A program made the translations under genes and the position numbers. DNA of 64,000 nucleotides from an uncultured archaeon (lineage in GTDB: Archaea; Nanohalarchaeota; Nanosalinia; Nanosalinales; Nanoanaerosalinaceae): positions 9,339 through 73,338 of the forward strand of contig CAZFEL010000001.1 of the NCBI GenBank assembly GCA_964517675.1. The letters run 5' to 3'. Of the stretch, positions 62,046-64,000 are shown one piece after another (position 1 is the first letter of the stretch; every line of letters begins with the position of its first letter). A model generated the notes under the pieces. It made no database searches. It saw only the letters and a program-made list of their open reading frames with translations, and was not told the DNA's origin.

Positions 62046-62930
62046 TCACAGCACCGTCTCGCCGAAGGCACTGGCCACGAGATCGACGGCCATCTCCGCT
62101 GTCCTGTTGCTCTCATCCAGGATCGGATTGACCTCCACGACCTCCATCGCCGCGATATCGTCCTCCTCAGCGACCAGCTCCATCGCGCGGTGTGCCTCGC
62201 GGTAGTTGACACCGCCCCTGACAGGTGTCCCGACACCAGGCGCCTCCCCGGGATCGAGCCAATCCATGTCCAGGCTGACGTGGAGCCCGTCCGTGCCCGT
62301 CGTCGCGACATCCAGGGCCTCCTCCATCACAGCGCGGATCCCCCGATCATCGATATCGACCATCGTGTACGCCGTGATGTCGCTGTCGTGTATGCGTTCC
62401 TTCTCAGCCGTATCGACGCTGCGCAGCCCGATATAGACGACATTATGCTCCGAGAGCCCGGGGACCCCCGCCCAGCCGCGGTCGGCGAACGAGCCAAGCC
62501 CGAGACCCGCAGCCACCGGCATGCCATGCGTGTTCCCGCTCGGGGACGTCCCTGGCGTGTTCAGGTCGGCGTGGGCATCGAACCACAGCAGACCGGACTC
62601 GTGGTGACACGATACCCCCTGCATCGTCCCGATCGAGATCGAATGGTCACCACCGAGGACAAGCGGGACGCCGCCGTTGTCGATGACGTGATCGACGGCA
62701 CCGGAGAGCTTCCCGGCGACGCGGCCCATGCTCTCGAGGCCGAGACCGTCCCCCGTCGGGGGATGACGCTCCTTGACCGTTATGTCGCCCCTGTCGGTAC
62801 AGGAAAGGTCCATCGAGGAGAACCGTTCCTCCAGGCCCGCGTACCTGATCGCCGAGGGACCCATATCGACCCCGCGGCGGTTCGCACCGAAATCGATCGG
62901 CGCACCGATCACACCTATCCCCCGCTGCAT
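62046..62930 (-). CDS. arginase/agmatinase-family ureohydrolase
   Basis: GGDHSIS ... DAHAD ... SLDMD manganese-binding motifs. Confidence 0.9.
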   Translation of the reverse strand: MQRGIGVIGAPIDFGANRRGVDMGPSAIRYAGLEERFSSMDLSCTDRGDITVKERHPPTGDGLGLESMGRVAGKLSGAVDHVIDNGGVPLVLGGDHSISIGTMQGVSCHHESGLLWFDAHADLNTPGTSPSGNTHGMPVAAGLGLGSFADRGWAGVPGLSEHNVVYIGLRSVDTAEKERIHDSDITAYTMVDIDDRGIRAVMEEALDVATTGTDGLHVSLDMDWLDPGEAPGVGTPVRGGVNYREAHRAMELVAEEDDIAAMEVVEVNPILDESNRTAEMAVDLVASAFGETVL

Positions 62931-63031
62931 GGACGTGCATGAGGGTAGCCGGCTTAAATCGGTTGCAGCCGGTACCTTTAAAACAGCAGAGTATTACTAG
63001 GTAATACAACGTATTATGCGGTGAATCGACG

Positions 63032-64000
63032 ATGGGTAACCAGATCACAGTGTCCGTCATCAAGGCGGACGTCGGAGGACATCCAGGCCATTCAAACACA
63101 CACCAGGATCTTATCGATGAAGCACGACAGCACCTCGAGGACCACGGCGACATCCTCGAGGACTTCCGCGTCGACAACGTTGGCGACGACATCCAGCTCA
63201 TCATGACCCACCGCGAGGGCGAGGACTCCGAACAGGTCCACCAGCTCGCATGGGACGCCTTCCAGAAGGCCACGGAGGTCGCAGAGGATCTCCAGCTGTA
63301 CGGAGCAGGGCAGGACCTCCTATCAGATACATTCTCAGGCAACGTCAAGGGCCTCGGGCTCGGCATCGCGGAGATGGAATTCGAGGAACGACCATCCAAC
63401 CCGATCGTCGTCTTCATGATGGACAAGACAGAGCCCGGCGCCTTCAACCTGCCGATCTTCAAGATGTTCGGTGACCCGTTCAACACCGCCGGCCTCGTCA
63501 TCGATGACTCCATGAGCCACGGCTTCCGGTTCGAGGTCATGGACACCCACGAGGACAAGACCATCATGCTGGACTGCCCCGAGGAGATGCACGAGATCCT
63601 CGCACTCGTCGGGACCACGGGCCAGTACGTCATCAAGAACGTCTATCCCAAAGACGAGAACAAGAACAACACCGACGATCCGGTCGCCTCGATCTCGACC
63701 GAGAAACTGCGCAAGATCGCAGGCGAGTACGTCGGCAAGGACGACCCCGTCGCGATCGTCCGGGCCCAGTCCGGCCTCCCAGCCATGGGCGAGGTCCTGG
63801 AAGCGTTCTCCCACCCGCACCTCGTCGCCGGCTGGATGCGCGGATCGCACAACGGCCCGATGATGCCTGTCGGGATCGATAACGCACAGTGCACGCGGTT
63901 CGACGGCCCGCCACGTGTCAAGGCAGCAGGCTTCCAGGTCTCCGACGGCGAGTTACACGGACCGGAGGACATGTTCGCCGATGCCGCCTTCGACCACGCA
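63032..64000 (+). CDS. fbp: fructose-1,6-bisphosphate aldolase/phosphatase (class V FBPase), 3'-truncated by the window edge
   Basis: Manual translation MGNQITVSVIKADVGGHPGH ... DDIQLIMTHREGE ... matches the archaeal FBP aldolase/phosphatase N-terminus. No stop before the window end (not in the ORF track for that reason). TATA-like CCTTTAAAAC about 50 nt upstream. Confidence 0.85.
   Translation, partial: MGNQITVSVIKADVGGHPGHSNTHQDLIDEARQHLEDHGDILEDFRVDNVGDDIQLIMTHREGEDSEQVHQLAWDAFQKATEVAEDLQLYGAGQDLLSDTFSGNVKGLGLGIAEMEFEERPSNPIVVFMMDKTEPGAFNLPIFKMFGDPFNTAGLVIDDSMSHGFRFEVMDTHEDKTIMLDCPEEMHEILALVGTTGQYVIKNVYPKDENKNNTDDPVASISTEKLRKIAGEYVGKDDPVAIVRAQSGLPAMGEVLEAFSHPHLVAGWMRGSHNGPMMPVGIDNAQCTRFDGPPRVKAAGFQVSDGELHGPEDMFADAAFDHA

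Noticed and set aside
62647-63636. 329-aa minus-strand ORF
   Set aside because: Overlaps the strongly supported plus-strand class V FBPase and the arginase gene. Ser/Pro/Arg-rich shadow frame.
1-64000. Integrase, transposase, IS element or provirus associated with the tRNA fragments
   Set aside because: No ORF in the window shows tyrosine or serine recombinase or transposase motifs (for example R..H..R..Y, or DDE). The fragments therefore cannot be tied to an intact mobile element here.

Overview
High-GC window with acidic, halophile-type proteins, consistent with a haloarchaeal chromosome (no 16S or marker hit is available to confirm this). Most of the window is core genome. Housekeeping calls include ndk, archaeal Pth2, TruD, a dUTPase-like protein plus dCTP deaminase, UMP kinase, CarS plus a CDP-alcohol phosphatidyltransferase, CorA, a split lipoate-protein ligase (LplA with a separate C-terminal-domain gene), and a second LplA/BPL paralog. 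A sugar-metabolism block spans 53.6 to 64 kb: class I aldolase, pgk, a complete fructose-type PTS (IIB, IIC, IIA, HPr, EI) with 1-phosphofructokinase, type II GAPDH, an arginase-family enzyme, and a class V FBP aldolase/phosphatase running off the 3' window edge. More accessory-looking content includes: (i) a stand-alone HerA/DUF87-type ATPase with an apparent C-terminal wHTH extension; (ii) a processive GT2 (QxxRW) followed by membrane-anchored extracytoplasmic proteins and a membrane-bound wHTH regulator; (iii) an 849-aa secreted protein with three CWB2-type repeats, a coiled coil and a C-terminal cupredoxin-like domain; and (iv) several operons of unknown function. The feature that stands out most at the DNA level is that each of the four tRNA genes (Val-GAC, Leu-CAG, Leu-UAG with an apparent 59-nt intron, and initiator Met) is accompanied by partial direct copies of its own 5' or 3' end. 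These comprise four decaying tandem 56-58-nt units before tRNA-Leu(CAG) and a 5' plus a 3' fragment around tRNA-Val. In addition, an orphan array of three tRNA-3'-end-like repeats lies next to a structured ncRNA that I tentatively read as SRP (7S) RNA. No integrase, transposase or CRISPR array is visible, so these look like old att-site scars or structured tRNA leaders, not an intact mobile element. Gene starts are approximate and many listed six-frame ORFs are antisense shadows.
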